NCBI GenBank assembly: GCA_023920165.1
Contig: CP089277.1
Coordinates: forward strand, 2,356,001 to 2,420,000
DNA length: 64,000 nt
Origin: Curvularia clavata
Lineage: Eukaryota
Direction: 5' to 3'
This document shows, one piece after another, positions 26,461 through 39,219 of the stretch. The notes beneath the pieces were generated by a model, which ran no database searches, had not been told where the DNA came from, and saw nothing but the letters and a program-made list of their open reading frames with translations. Within the stretch, counting starts at the first letter, position 1. Each line of letters opens with the position of its first letter. A program made the position numbers and the translations under genes.

Positions 26461-28262
26461 ATGCCAAGCATATCTTTTGCTGGAGCTAAGAAACGCAAAA
26501 CGCGTCATCCAGGCTATACCTTTAGGAGAGCACGCCAGGAGCCGGGTGTCACTATGCTTGGGCCCGCAGAGAATGGGCTTTTACAGCTCGTCGATGAACT
26601 CCTTCTTAACATAATCGACCATATCGATTCGCGAGATGCACTGTGTAGTCTTGCTGCGACATGCACAAGACTCCAGGGACTTGTTGAGCCTTACGTCTGG
26701 AAAGATCTCGAGGTGCTTAAGGGCGCACATGCACGCAGGCTCGCCAAAGCCCTTGATAGCCGAGAGGAGCGGTCCGATTACATTCAAGAACTTGCTATCC
26801 GATATCATGACGAATATCGGGAGGGGATTGAGGAGCTGAACCACTTCGTAGGCTTGATGAGGAGGCTGCGACACCTGCACATTGAGAGCCCTTGTCCAAA
26901 CAATTCAGAGTGGCAACAAGGCAACATCTATTTCGACGGCTACTCAAGAATCGATTTCACAAATCTATTAGCTAGTTCAGTCTATCCTCGGACCGGTATA
27001 CCGCAAGCATTGCCCATGTTGCAATCGTGTATGTCTAGGCACCGACACGAGTGAAGCGGAGCTGACTTGCAACAGTAATAATACATGCACATGGCTCTGG
27101 AGACAACAAATTTGCTCTTGGTCGTGCGGTGGCCATGTTCAAGCACCCAACACTACGCAGTATTACGCTGTCGTGCTTGAACTTCGATACTAGAGTCGGA
27201 GCACCGTTCGAAGTTTCCGAACAGGAAATCAAGTCGACGCCGCTTCAATCGCTCACCCTCATCGAATGCAATGTCGGTGTATCCTTTCTAGATGCCGTTC
27301 TGAGCCTCCCAAGAGCCTTGAAAGAGCTATCGATTGGTGAGCGCCTGCACGCCTTCGAAGGCTGTCAGCCATCCATGATCCCAGACTACCGCACATCCTC
27401 AAAGCTGTTTCTTACCGCATTACAACGGCAGGCAGGTTCTTTGCAGCGTCTGACGCATTGTGGAGGTCATCTTGGATATCTCACCTCACGCGAAACTGAC
27501 CCGGAAGGCGCTGCAAAGCTACGCTCATTCATAAACCTTGAGCATCTCGAGCTAGGCTTCGAGTCACATCTTTACTACTACCTTCGCCAGAGCGGTTTCC
27601 CGCCCGCTCTTAAATCTCTCAAGATGCTTGACTCTGCTATTTCCATCAACGCCGGCCACGACCTACGCTCTCTGTCCGCAATCGCCTTCCGCTCACTCAC
27701 CTCCCTTACAAATGAGTGTTTACCGCACACTCTAGCTGATGACTTTACATTACATTTGAAGTTCTCAGATCATTCATTCTTCCGTCTTTTTGAAATTGCC
27801 GACCCGACTGAGCAATCGCACCTCCTCAGCGCACTCTTCTTCGACCGTCCAGCAACATACAAGATTGCGTCGACACTAAAGTCATATAGCCCCAAGTCAC
27901 ATTTCATCGTCTCTCGCGAAACCTTTCCTGGTGGAAAATCCTTTATCCCACCGTATATGCACGGTGAGGAGCTTCCGGTAGAAGAGGTAATGTACAACAG
28001 CGACGACTTTTGGCGGTTCAATGGTATCAACTACCGCATCATGGACGACGAGAGTTGGAGGAGCGAACTTAAGAAGGGAAAGAAGCTGCATGTTTGTAAG
28101 AGTTGCCAGAAGAGAGGAATGGGCGTGGATGATTGCCTTAGTCTAGGGGATGGCAGCGCGTGTATTCCTTGCAGAGCTACGAGCTTGGAGGCATGTGAGT
28201 GGGATAGGGATGAGAATGGGGAATTAGTAGGCGTTGGAGATGTGGAGAGTGGATCAGAATAG
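26461..28262 (+). CDS. F-box / LRR-like protein with C-terminal Cys6 motif
   Basis: F-box-like LLQLVDELLLNIIDHI...LCSLAATCTRL and LRR-like repeats (LRSITLS, LQSLTLIEC, LKELSI, LEHLEL). Intron 27029-27075 joins the two ORFs. Confidence 0.85.
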
Positions 28263-28563
28263 GCTGGACTAATCAGGTGGCAAATGGCTTCCGGGTTGCT
28301 GTTTCAGTAATCTCGAAATTGATGCAGGATACCTCCTTTCCCTATATTTGGTAGTCACCGGCTAAGCGCGTCGGCGCTTTGCAGGGTAGAGACAGTTCTT
28401 ATTCTTTTTTTAGCTCTTTTTGGCTCAGACACGATTATGTACTGGTAGACGTCACGAAACCTAACGAGAATTCGCATTGCTTCAATCTTTACAATTCCAT
28501 TTAAATGAATAAAATCATGATCGTCATGAAGAGCCGCGCTGCAGCTCTACCACCAAACTAATC

Positions 28564-30343
28564 TTACAAAGTGTACCTATAAAACGGGCTCTTATCACCC
28601 ATAAGCAGCAACTCCTCCTCGCTGTACCGCGCACGAATCGCGGCCTCACCCTGCTCAGCAATCATTTGATCCCTCTTCCTGTTCTCGCGCGAGTACGCCC
28701 ACCTAAGTACAAACGTCATGATGATAGCGAGACAGCACATGGACAAACTAGCCGAGAAGCCCGTCCTGTATTTTGGCGCCTCACGAGAAAGGTAAATGTT
28801 GCTGCCCATGATACCACCCATGTTTCCGACAGAAATAAGCAGCGCCATGCCGACAGCACGCTTGGATGAAGGGGCAAGCGAGTTTCCGATCCAAGAGACG
28901 AGACAGGTGAAGGGGCAGTAAAGACCTCCCGCGACGGGGAAAAGGAAGCCATAGGTGATACCTGGGTATTTGGGCTTGGGAATGGCGAGTTGCGCGATAA
29001 AGCCGGCGACGGCGATGGAGTACCCGGCGATGATGTAAGGGGAGCGTCTGCGGGTGAGATCCGAGGCCCAGGCAAAGATGAGAGTAAGGATAGCCGCGAA
29101 GACGTAGATGGGGATGGTGAGAAGTTGGGCGTTGGCGCTGGTGTAGCCGAGGCCTTGGATGACGGATGGGACCGTGGCGGTGAATCTTTTCAATTCAATG
29201 TTAGAAAATACTCAAAAAAGGAGCAATCCAATCCAATACTTACCCGTAAACACCGACAGTGTTGCCCCAGAAAACGACAGTCGCAGCCCAAATCTTCCAG
29301 TCTGAAAGTCCGGCCAGAATCTGCTGTTTACCAATCTTGTCTGCGTTGGTTGTTTGTCCTTGACCGGATCCTTGGTCGTTGGAAAGTCTGGCAACAAGCA
29401 GATCACGCTCAGGCTGGGTGAGGAACCTTGCTGTCTCCGGACTGTCTGGGAGAACCTTCCAGATGATGAGTGCCAGGGCGACAGGAATCAGACCTTCGAT
29501 CAGGAAAATCCACTGTTGTTTTGTGTTAGCAAAAACTGACAATCTTTCATAAACGACGGTGTCTATCTGCTTACCTGCCAGCCAGCAAGTCCAGCGCGTC
29601 CATCGAGTTTCTCGATTCCGTAGGCGAGGAGACCACTAAAGGCACCAGCGAGAGAAGCAGCAACGTAGAAGACAGCCATGCGGCGCTGAACCTCGAAACG
29701 ACGGTACCAGAGAGTGAGCAAGAAGGTCGCAGCAGGAAAAAACCCAGACTAGAGATGAAAAAGTCAGTATGCCTGTATTAGAAGGCTTTGCGATTCGCCC
29801 TTCTACACATACCTCTGTGACGCCCAAGAAGAAGCGTCCTGCGAGTAAACCACCATAGCTCGATGTCAAGCCCATCAGCGTCATGACGAGACCCCAGCAA
29901 AACATCAGAATGGCCATCCAGTAACTTGGACGCATCATCTTCAGGACGATGTTGCTGGGAACTTCGAGAAGCGTGTATGGAACGAAGAACAAAGTGACGG
30001 CCGTGTTGTATTGCGAGCCGCTCATGTTGAGATCCTTGGTCATACCGGCAATTTTCGCATTACCAACTGCTGTCTGTTAGATTTCTGTAATGTAAGACTG
30101 ATGGTTACGATGGTGATACGTACTGTTGCTTCGGTCGATGAAAGCGACGAGGTAGAGCAGGGCGAGCATAGGCACAAGTCTCATGTCGACCTTTCTCAAT
30201 ACCCGCGCGGCTTCGGCATCGTCATGCTCAACATTCTGCGCTTCAAGTCTGCCAGAGTTGGAAGAATGCGATATATTCTCGGCGACATCCTCGGTCTGCC
30301 TCTTCTCAACTGAGAGCTTCTCTGGGTCCATTGTGGTCGCCAT
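28564..30343 (-). CDS. MFS transporter, high-affinity nicotinic acid permease (Tna1-like) family
   Basis: Motifs RKVDMRLVP, DRSNIGNAK, LEVPSN, GRFFLGVTE, WIFLIEG, AQLLTIPIY and KRAVGMALLISVGN. Introns 30123-30067, 29812-29749, 29574-29513 and 29243-29186. Confidence 0.92.
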
Positions 30344-32339
30344 GACGAGATGTGACACCCACTGTTTTGTTTGGCTTTCGGCGATGCAATGCAGGAGGCA
30401 AGAAAGGAGGGTGATCAATGTGCCAGGCAGTCGCACACTGTGCAATTTACTGGGGGCACAGCAGATGCTATAAAGTCGTTCGGTGCAATTCAAAGACCGA
30501 ATGCACTAGCCCAACGGCATACTTCATATGGAAGGGATCTCCAGGCGAGATGGGCCATGGGGTCTCATCAACCTGTCGCCGCTGGCGTTGTGGGGAATGA
30601 TAGAACGCCTCTAATGTTATCCGGGGTAACAAGTGGCAGACTTGCGGGGTAGGGGGTCACCTAGTCTGACAAGCATCCGGTTGCAAGACTCTGCATGACG
30701 TCGGCTGGGGTCAACCATCGGGTAAGGTGTCATAGGCTAGTACCGCGGGACGCATTTGCCGGCCTCAGAAGCCGCGGCAGCCTATAGAAGTCGTTGAAAA
30801 GTCGGCGGTGAGGATAAATGCTGGGCGTACGTGAGGTTAAGCGACAAATCGGCATATGGCCGAGATGCGGAGGATTGGAGATCGGTGTCAACGCCGCTTT
30901 CTGTCCAACGTTGCCGCGGAACCTGGGGAAACTTGGCACAACACTGTCGGATAGCATTCTTGTAGTCTTCACAGGAACTGTTGTCGTAGCGCCCGGGTGG
31001 TCGACTTCAGCCGTCCTGTGCCGCACCCGGTGGGCATCGTTTCGTTACGGCCCTTTCGTATATGCAAGGACGGGGCACTGCTGCCGCGCCGACGACGGAC
31101 TCGTACTATGTGAGATTTGACTAACGTACGATTAACACGCCCCTTGCCTGCCAGTATAGAAGATGGGGGTAGCAAACTGGAAACTGGAGCGAAAGAGCAC
31201 ATAGTAGGTAGGGATTTGCCAAGCAACGTTGGATCAATCAAAGCATTCAACAAGATGCGTTTTCATCATAAATCTAAGGGTTTCCTTTGCGAACTCATTC
31301 ACATGTCAATCATGCCCCATTACCCTCAGATCATAAGATAATCTAGGTTGCATAATCGTACGCCTACTGAAAGGATTACCCTAGCCAGTCCCAACACTCT
31401 GGGTGCGTTAAACTCTCAACGCATTTGAGCCGCTGGCCAGTTGCAGGGTAACAGATAGACAATAATACGTGGTAGCGAATCAATATCCTCTATCTCCGGG
31501 ATAGTGCCCTGCATTTTCTATTGGCTAGCCTGAAGGAAACATACACTGACTTTATTCCCTCACCTACTTTGAACTATACATTCTCACATGGCCAAGACCA
31601 TATCTAATTATTGTCCTATACAAGTAGATATGCCCAGCCTCCAGGACCTACACCTACGTCTAAGTAATGCTAGGATGTTTGAATAATAAATGCATGTGAA
31701 AGCTAGACTCCTCCGAGGAAGAAATCAGTATATAAGCCCGTACATGCTCCCGTCCCTTTGCGTCGAGTCCAGACACAGAACCAGCCAATTCTCAACAATA
31801 TGGAAAGTCACCTGACCTTCGGCAGTATTCACGGACCCCGACTCAATTCAGTAAACCAGACCGGTAGGATCTCCTGCGTTCTACACCTACCCCCTAAGAG
31901 CAAGCGTCAAGGGATAAGCGCATCAGACGGACATTCTCTCCTACTGCTTTCTAGCAACACATCAGTGGAATCACTCCATATGCACAGCATAGCGGGTCGC
32001 ACACCGCAACCTCGATGCGAGGTACAAGGTGTCGGAAAAGCAATTCAACGAGAAATGCACGAATCAGGCCAGACCTCATGGGTCCACACCACGGAACGGC
32101 TATAGCCACGTCTGTGTCCATGGCGACGCCAGTGCGCCCGACATTAGACCGGACTTTAAGACCAGCAATGTCCACATATGGAATTGCAGACATGGAACGG
32201 ATGATAATTCGGTCGGTGCTAGATTTTGCGCCATTTGGGATTTTGGGAATTTTGAGTTTTCGTAAACCATCTCAGGAGCGCTAAGGCACTAGTCAAGTGG
32301 AACTGGGAAAAAGAAATAAGAATCGCTTCGCTGAACAGC

Positions 32340-32702
32340 TTACAGGATACCAATGGCAATGTCGCCCTTGACCCTCGCAATGATCCTAATGTCGGCTTCC
32401 AGGTCCAGCTTGATGTGTACCTTCAAGCTACCCTTGACGTCCTTGCCGTTCTCGAGGCCGAAACCTTCATCGTCTTCCTCATCATTGTTGCCCTTTCCCT
32501 TTCCCTTCTTGCCCTTGGTCTTGTTTCCGGTGGGGTTCGTGACGGAGCCCATGGTCTCGCCTACATCGGGAAGGCCGCGACCGCCTGTAGCGTTGCCGGC
32601 AGTGCCAGCGAGACTAAGAAAGAATTAGCATGTCTGTCTGAGCAAGAAGCGTATTAGAGAAGTAGTGTGAGATTCATACTCTTTTGTTGCAGCGTCCGCC
32701 AT
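32340..32702 (-). CDS. Small (98 aa) Gly/Lys-rich protein with conserved-looking beta-rich C-terminus
   Basis: Exon 32702-32680, intron 32679-32614 (GTATGA...GCTAAT...TAG) and exon 32613-32340 give MADAATKDLAGTAGN...SLKVHIKLDLEADIRIIARVKGDIAIGIL. Confidence 0.8.
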
Positions 32703-33562
32703 TTCGAATTCAGATTCAGGTTTTGGCTCTAATACGGGTGAAGGCGGTGGCGTTGGAATAGATAAGACTGGAGGCAGAGGAAGCGACTTCAATCGAATTT
32801 CCCGCTTCGGTTTCAGGCGCTGCGGCAATTGTGCTGTCCACGCCACTGCTTCGTAAGTTTTGTTGCTAGAAAGACTGGAGAGTGTCGTGGTAAATTGTAT
32901 GCATCAACGTGAGCATACATCAGCTCATAAATACCTCTGGGAAGAAGCTAATTGACCTTCTTGGCTGAGGCTCCCACGTATCCGAGCAGCTGCATCACCG
33001 ATACGCCCAGTCGGCGACTTAATCTTAGCGAGAAGAGTCCTTGCGTGACTTCAGAATTGCGAAGTTATTCGAGCATTCTTGAGACTCTAACGCACAAAGT
33101 ACATAGAGCAACGGGCTAATCCCGTTATCGACAGCATGTTTTCCAAACACGGTAAAAGACTATCTCAAAACGGATACGCAACTTATGTCGCTTTTTTCGA
33201 TCAGCATTTTGTGGCTTGTTGCTCGTCACTAGTTTCCGTGTTTCTTGTTGTTCGCGTCGATCATGATGGCCCCCAAGTGGAGCGTACCGGAATCTACGCA
33301 TTTGATTGTGATATGATTGGCTTTTGTTTAATGGCATATGCAGCCGCATCATGATCTGCTCTGATTTCCATCATGGCTTCATGCAGAATGTATAAACTGC
33401 AGCTGACACATGTCTGCTTTTGGAAAAGCTACGGTGCAGCTCTCGTAGTAGGTGAAACCAGGTTCCGCGGTGACGTACGAAATTTGCAGATCCGCAATAG
33501 CAATTCTTCCCTTCTTTTGGGTCTCGATAAATGATCAATCACCGCGCCCACAGGACATCAAG

Positions 33563-34195
33563 ATGGTATTCGGCCTCATATCTCTTGTCGCGACGATTCC
33601 CTTGACCGCGTCATCCGTATTGACGCTCCAGGACCAGGCCGAAAGAAAAGATAGCGACGGCCCCAGCTCGGAATGGAAGTACGACAAGTGCCACATACGA
33701 TGCCGAGCAACCGAAAGATCACCAGAGGACCGCAAAGAATTGTTCAAAGACAGCCATGTTGTGCTTCGTGAAGGCCGGTTATATGTCCAACTATCCACAT
33801 ATCAAGGACCACACCTTCATCCCTTCACTGGCTACTATCTACCATTCCCAAACTCGAATTTCGACGGCATTGTGTCCACTATTTCGAATGACCCTCCGCA
33901 ACTGAATTGGATATACCTAGACACTGATTCCGAAATCTTCCACTTCAGTCATGGCTTACGCGTAGAAGCCGAAGAAGGGCTGGTTGGACCATTCGGTGCT
34001 CGCGTTTGCGCTGATGGCGAGAAACGTTATCTATTTGAGAATTGGGAAGGCTTCATTGCCGTAGAAAATGAAGAAGAACCGGGCTTGTGGAAACTCTGCT
34101 TTGACAAGCACGATGACGGGTTACAAGCAAGAATACGTCCAGGCCAAAGGACGGCGGAACTGGAACTTATACGCGTGGAAATGGAAGAAGAATAA
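33563..34195 (+). CDS. Uncharacterised fungal protein (HPFTGYYLPFP / PPQLNWIY family)
   Basis: 210-aa intronless ORF from ATG 33563 with a hydrophobic N-terminus and globular composition. Motifs HPFTGYYLPFP, VSTISNDPPQLNWIYLD, WEGFIAVE and WKLCFD. Confidence 0.8.
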   Translation: MVFGLISLVATIPLTASSVLTLQDQAERKDSDGPSSEWKYDKCHIRCRATERSPEDRKELFKDSHVVLREGRLYVQLSTYQGPHLHPFTGYYLPFPNSNFDGIVSTISNDPPQLNWIYLDTDSEIFHFSHGLRVEAEEGLVGPFGARVCADGEKRYLFENWEGFIAVENEEEPGLWKLCFDKHDDGLQARIRPGQRTAELELIRVEMEEE

Positions 34196-36045
34196 TGTTG
34201 CATAGTCCCTATTCAAGTCTTTGGCTTGCAAGGGTGCGGGAAAGTTACTGATACCTTTTTGTACAGATGGCAGGGAGATCACGGAACGGCCCGTCGATAT
34301 AGATATTCAACAGGGCTGCCTTGCAGTAAGCAATGGACCATGTTTGTTTGGGTTGCTTGGAATGCTTGGATTGTGGGAAGAAAAGTGGGCTGCTTTCCCT
34401 GTATTCAGAAGATTCGAAACACTGTATCTGATCGAGATCGTGCAAACAAGTTGTCAGAAAATGCTAAGCTCAGCTCAATTTGCTCGCCACCCTAGCTGTG
34501 TGAATTCAATGCATGCTTAGGAAGAGGGCGATGCGTAAATGCAGCAGACTAAAGAGAATCTTGGAATGGGGCGGACGCGTGTATCCCGCCGATCGCGACC
34601 GAGCTGAGATGACGTTGGCACTACTGCAACATTAATCATGGCAGCTTCAGCTTTCTTGGAGCATCATCAACCCTCACCCTGCGCACTTAGACCGCTTTGA
34701 CATTTCCAAAACTCTCCTCGTACCAAAGGATACCTGTACGCGGTTTCGCGGTCACCCGCGGCTTTTTTGACGCTTTTTCCTTGCCGGCAATCACCATGTG
34801 CGACTTCGTCCCTCTCCCAATCGTGTGCTTCCAATGCGGAACGTGTGTACACCCTCGAATCACCGCCAACTGCATCTAATAATCTAACAAAAAAAACAGC
34901 GACCAGAACCCATGCCATTGTAAGGTCGTCGGGCCTACGCTTGGATTTGTTGTTACAGTTGGCATGGCTGTAAGAACAATTATCTTAATGCGTGGTTATC
35001 AGCTCACATTCTCCAGATCTTCTGCTGGCCGGCCTCGCTTCTGTGCTGCTGCTGTGCGACCGACGCAGGCAAGAGGTGAGCTTTTGCATCTGCCAAAAAT
35101 ACATAGTACTAACAAAATAAGTGTCCTTGCGTTGCCTGTTGATACCGGGAATGCTATCAGCAACGCCATACCGATATGAAGGCCTTTGCAAGGCCTGGAA
35201 TTTTAGTCGATACCATCCCTCCTTTTCAATTTCTCGTTCCAAAATGTACCTTCATGTTCCCGGTACTTTCTTTTGAGATGGCTGAGCAAGCGTTGGCGGA
35301 CGGATGGCAAGCTAGCGGCTTTTATATGATACCCATCAGCTAATAATATTCTAATTTTCACTGGGCAATCGCGTCATGAAATACAAGTGCGAATATACTG
35401 CACACTTGTTTTCACAGCGGTAGATAACCTCCACTTAAACCATACTCTTCAAAGACGAGCATATTTAACAGGAAAATAGGCTATGTAGATCTTGCGTGAA
35501 AATATGTCACTTCGAATTCCATACACAGCATACTCCACTAAGAAGTAGAGAGACACGGGAAGACTGAATATCTTACACTATAGTGATAGTGTCAAGCCAC
35601 AGCAGTGCATCCAATATCGCCTATAACTTTGTGGTACCCCTAAGAAACCATACAAACTGACATTACAAGCCAATGCTAGACATTCCGTTTTACTGCAGAA
35701 TGGCCCCCTGAGACCACATCTCACACTAAACGATGGTCATTGTGAAATGGAGTGCGATGTACCAGTGAGATGGTAGAAGCGGTGGTCGAAATCGTCTTGC
35801 ATTGTTCACACTCAGACTGTTGGTGGGCGCACAATGCTCTCCTATACATCGCTCCCATCTAGAGACTGTTTCTACACAACTTCTGATCTCTGCCTGTATA
35901 AAACTACATGATTTTTCCCCAGACGTTTTTTCATCACTACCCTCATACCAACCTTCATAACAGCTTCTAGATCAACACATCCAGACCACTTCTTCGATAC
36001 CAACTTCCATACCATCACTTCCAGACTAGCTCCAAGATTTCTCAA

Positions 36046-36849
36046 ATGGCTTACAACCGGGATCCCGAACAGCCGATTATGGAATACGAGGTGGATTCTT
36101 TCACCTGGGAGGACGGCCTCCGTGAGATTGAGGAGTTCGACTGGTCTAAAGACGATGCCCAAGAACCAGGTGAGGCTTCGACTGCCAATACCACCGCCGG
36201 CCCCTTGGTAGGTGCTTTGCCTAATACACCAGGCAAGCCTCCAGTCTCTTCTACTCTTGCCCCCAAGAAGAAGGTGCGTTACAGTATGGCTGGGTCCGAG
36301 ATGGACTGGGAGCCCACTCCCAGTGCATCCACTCGAGAGGCTGGCAAGCCGATTGCTCGTCAATTGTTCCCATCAGCTTCGCGCTCGGCGAACCCCCTGG
36401 CATCGGGTCTAGGATTTCCATCTAACGATGTCCCGAACGTTGCCTTTGAGGCCAAGTTGTCTGCCCCCTCCCAACTTCCCGCTACTTCCCAAGGTAAGGG
36501 CAAAGACCCAGTCACTAACCAAGACAAAGGCAAGGCCCCAACTGCCGATAAAGCTGAAGAGCAATATGTCGGCCCAGTTACACGGGGCATGGTGAAAGCG
36601 TCCAGCACGCACTCCAAAACCAAGACCTCGCCTTCCAAGCAGTCAGCATTCAAGCCTGGCAAGTCACTAGACGTCAATCAGTACTCCGGCCCTGTTACGC
36701 GGGGCATGAAAAAGGCGAGCGGCGTCCAGTCTGACGAGGAAATGATTGACGATGACTCCGACGACGAGGACTCTGACGAGGAAATGATTGACAAGGATTC
36801 TGACGACGAGGACTCTGGCAAGAACCACGCCATTGCCGTAACCCACTAG
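36046..36849 (+). CDS. Orphan low-complexity protein with internal repeats
   Basis: 267-aa ORF with coding-like GC and codon usage inside AT-richer flanks. TATAAAA near 35897 and good start context (caaATGg). Confidence 0.65.
   Translation: MAYNRDPEQPIMEYEVDSFTWEDGLREIEEFDWSKDDAQEPGEASTANTTAGPLVGALPNTPGKPPVSSTLAPKKKVRYSMAGSEMDWEPTPSASTREAGKPIARQLFPSASRSANPLASGLGFPSNDVPNVAFEAKLSAPSQLPATSQGKGKDPVTNQDKGKAPTADKAEEQYVGPVTRGMVKASSTHSKTKTSPSKQSAFKPGKSLDVNQYSGPVTRGMKKASGVQSDEEMIDDDSDDEDSDEEMIDKDSDDEDSGKNHAIAVTH
36730..36813 (+). repeat. 42-bp tandem duplication encoding SDEEMIDxDSDDED twice
   Basis: tctgacgaggaaatgattgacgatgactccgacgacgaggac followed directly by tctgacgaggaaatgattgacaaggattctgacgacgaggac. 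Confidence 0.9.
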
Positions 36850-37215
36850 GTGGGTGTCAGAGCAAGGCTGGAGCCAAGCAACATGGTGAAGATACTTGGT
36901 TCATTGATATACGATCGAAAAGGTTGTTGAAATGTTGATCTGGGAAAAAGGATCATAAAGGGCATTGTAACAGATTGATAGACGGATGGTTGGGTCGGCG
37001 TTTGGATAGGCGTTTAGGTGTGCTTTAGTCATATTTTAAAAAAAAATCGAAAACAGCACAAAGAAAGATAGCAATCGTGCATAGGACATGTGAAACTTGA
37101 TCAAGTGATATGTAAGACAACAAATATAGTATCGTACATCCCTTTATAACAGAACTAGACAGCGACCTCCTTCACTATACCTCCAAAACACATAGCCACT
37201 CAAAGACCAAGACAC

Positions 37216-39219
37216 TCACCGCTTATCCCAGTGTATGTGAACGTCCTCAGGCTTGTTAATTTGCAGCGTCAACACCGGTTGGCTGTCTTCTAACAAGTCG
37301 AGCAAGCGTTGTCTCGCCAGTTGCGCACTTTCCCCTTCCCGCGCAATTGGCCGCGCGTTACATCTATGAAATAGCGTCGCAATAACAGCTACGAATTCCA
37401 CCTGCGACATCTTCTGCCCAGGGCATGTACGTGGGCCAACAGACCAAGGCATAAAGGTGCCTTGTGGCGGTGTTATGAGCGTGGGCTCTGTTGTGTCTGG
37501 TCGTAGCCAGCGCGCGGGGTTGAAGGACAGAGAATCGGAACCCCAGGTTGAGCGCGAAGTATGCAACGCCATTGTGTTGACGCAGACGGTGGATGGAGCC
37601 GCAATCTGGAGTGACGTGTCTGCGAAAGCAATATTCTGACTGGTGGTCATGGATCGCATAAGGAGGGTTACGGGTGGGAAGAGGCGGAGGGTCTCGAGCT
37701 AAATTGTTGATTTGTTAGCACTGAGCATCGAATGAAGAAGAGACTAGGGATCTAGCCTTCCTTGAAATATACTGTGCAAAGATGTAGGTATGCCAGCATT
37801 GTGATAACTTACCATGACAGCTAAACATCGGACTAGTTTCGGAAACACAGCCGCATAGTCTTTTGGTGACATGTCAGGTCCTTTAAACACAGTATCGATC
37901 TCGGTCTGAATCCAGGCTTGCCACTCGGGATATACGGCAAGCAGTGCGACAGCGTAGGACATTGTGTTTGCAGTTGTGTCGAAGCCAGCAGCAGTGAAGA
38001 CGAAGAGATTTCCTGCGATTTCTTCCTCTGTGAGAAACTTCTTGGTGGTTTTGTCTGACAACTCTGGTTTTAAAGTGTCTGTCCAGTTCTTCTCCTGGTC
38101 CGAGAGTTGGACAAGTGTTTTCATGATGGTGTCTGGACTGTTGTTTGGACTCTCAGTCGCCTGGGAGACATTTGGCGATGCATAAGCACTCTTTTGGCGC
38201 TCCTGATTGAGCATGTCTTGTGTAAGTCCTGGCAGTCGCTTCAGTGCTATACCTAATCGCTGCGATACCTGCGGCATAAAAGGTAAGCTTAGAAAGCTGG
38301 CAGGAAGAAACGCAGCGTAGATAAGTTTTTCTGTGACCAAAGAGATAGCATCCACATATGAGATGTCCGCAGACGGTCTGGTCGACGGTGGAGATAAGTT
38401 GAACGGCTTGTTGTGTCCATAGGCGATACGGGCGAGGACGTTTATCGCAATTGTACGAAGACCAAGAACTATCTCAGCGGGCCTCTGAACAGCATGAGAC
38501 GAGGAAGCTGAGAGCAGGAGGTCTGCTAGACACGATGCTTGTTCCACGCTCACTGTCCATACTTCTGGGCTAATGCGTTCGTTCAGAGACGGGGCGACGA
38601 TACGACGTTGGCGGGACCAGGATTCATCTTTAGCCTTGTACTGGTGAGTCAGTCATAATGTATAACGCGAGTCTTAACGTACTGTTACAATGTTTGGACC
38701 TAAAAACCCCATAGTTTCGGTGGAAATATCTGGATGGACAAAATCTCTCCTCCTAGACATGATTGTATGCGCCATGGATGGGTCCGCACAAACAAGCCGG
38801 TTGAGTCCTGTAGTAACAACGACAAAGACAGGTCCAAGCTTCTCATGGACCGCTGCCTTATCGCGGAACTCCCAGCCCCAGATGCTAAGTTCTACGATAG
38901 CGAATATAGATGTGGGAAGGATGGAACGAACAATAGGACGAAGAGGGACGGAGAACATGGACCAGAATATCTAGAAGCATGATCAGTTTCGAACGTCTGT
39001 ATCTGAAAATACAGACTAGAGTATGTGCAGCTTGTTTCGAGTACAAAATTGTTTGTTGCGAGAGGAGGAGTGGTAACTTACACTGTCAGGATCGTAAAGG
39101 CAAATAACGATAGGTAGCCCAGTAGCGCGAGCTGCTCGATAGTTGTTGGTGAAGCTCCATAGCTGGGAAACAAGATATAGCAACGCTATTGTCAATAGCC
39201 CGGTAATAAGAAGCCCCAT
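37216..39219 (-). CDS. Cytochrome P450 monooxygenase
   Basis: N-terminal TM anchor, I-helix AGFDTT, ExxR (LETLR), PxRW and heme motif WSVGPRTCPG. Introns 39081-38971, ~38682-38641 and 37812-37699. Confidence 0.92.
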
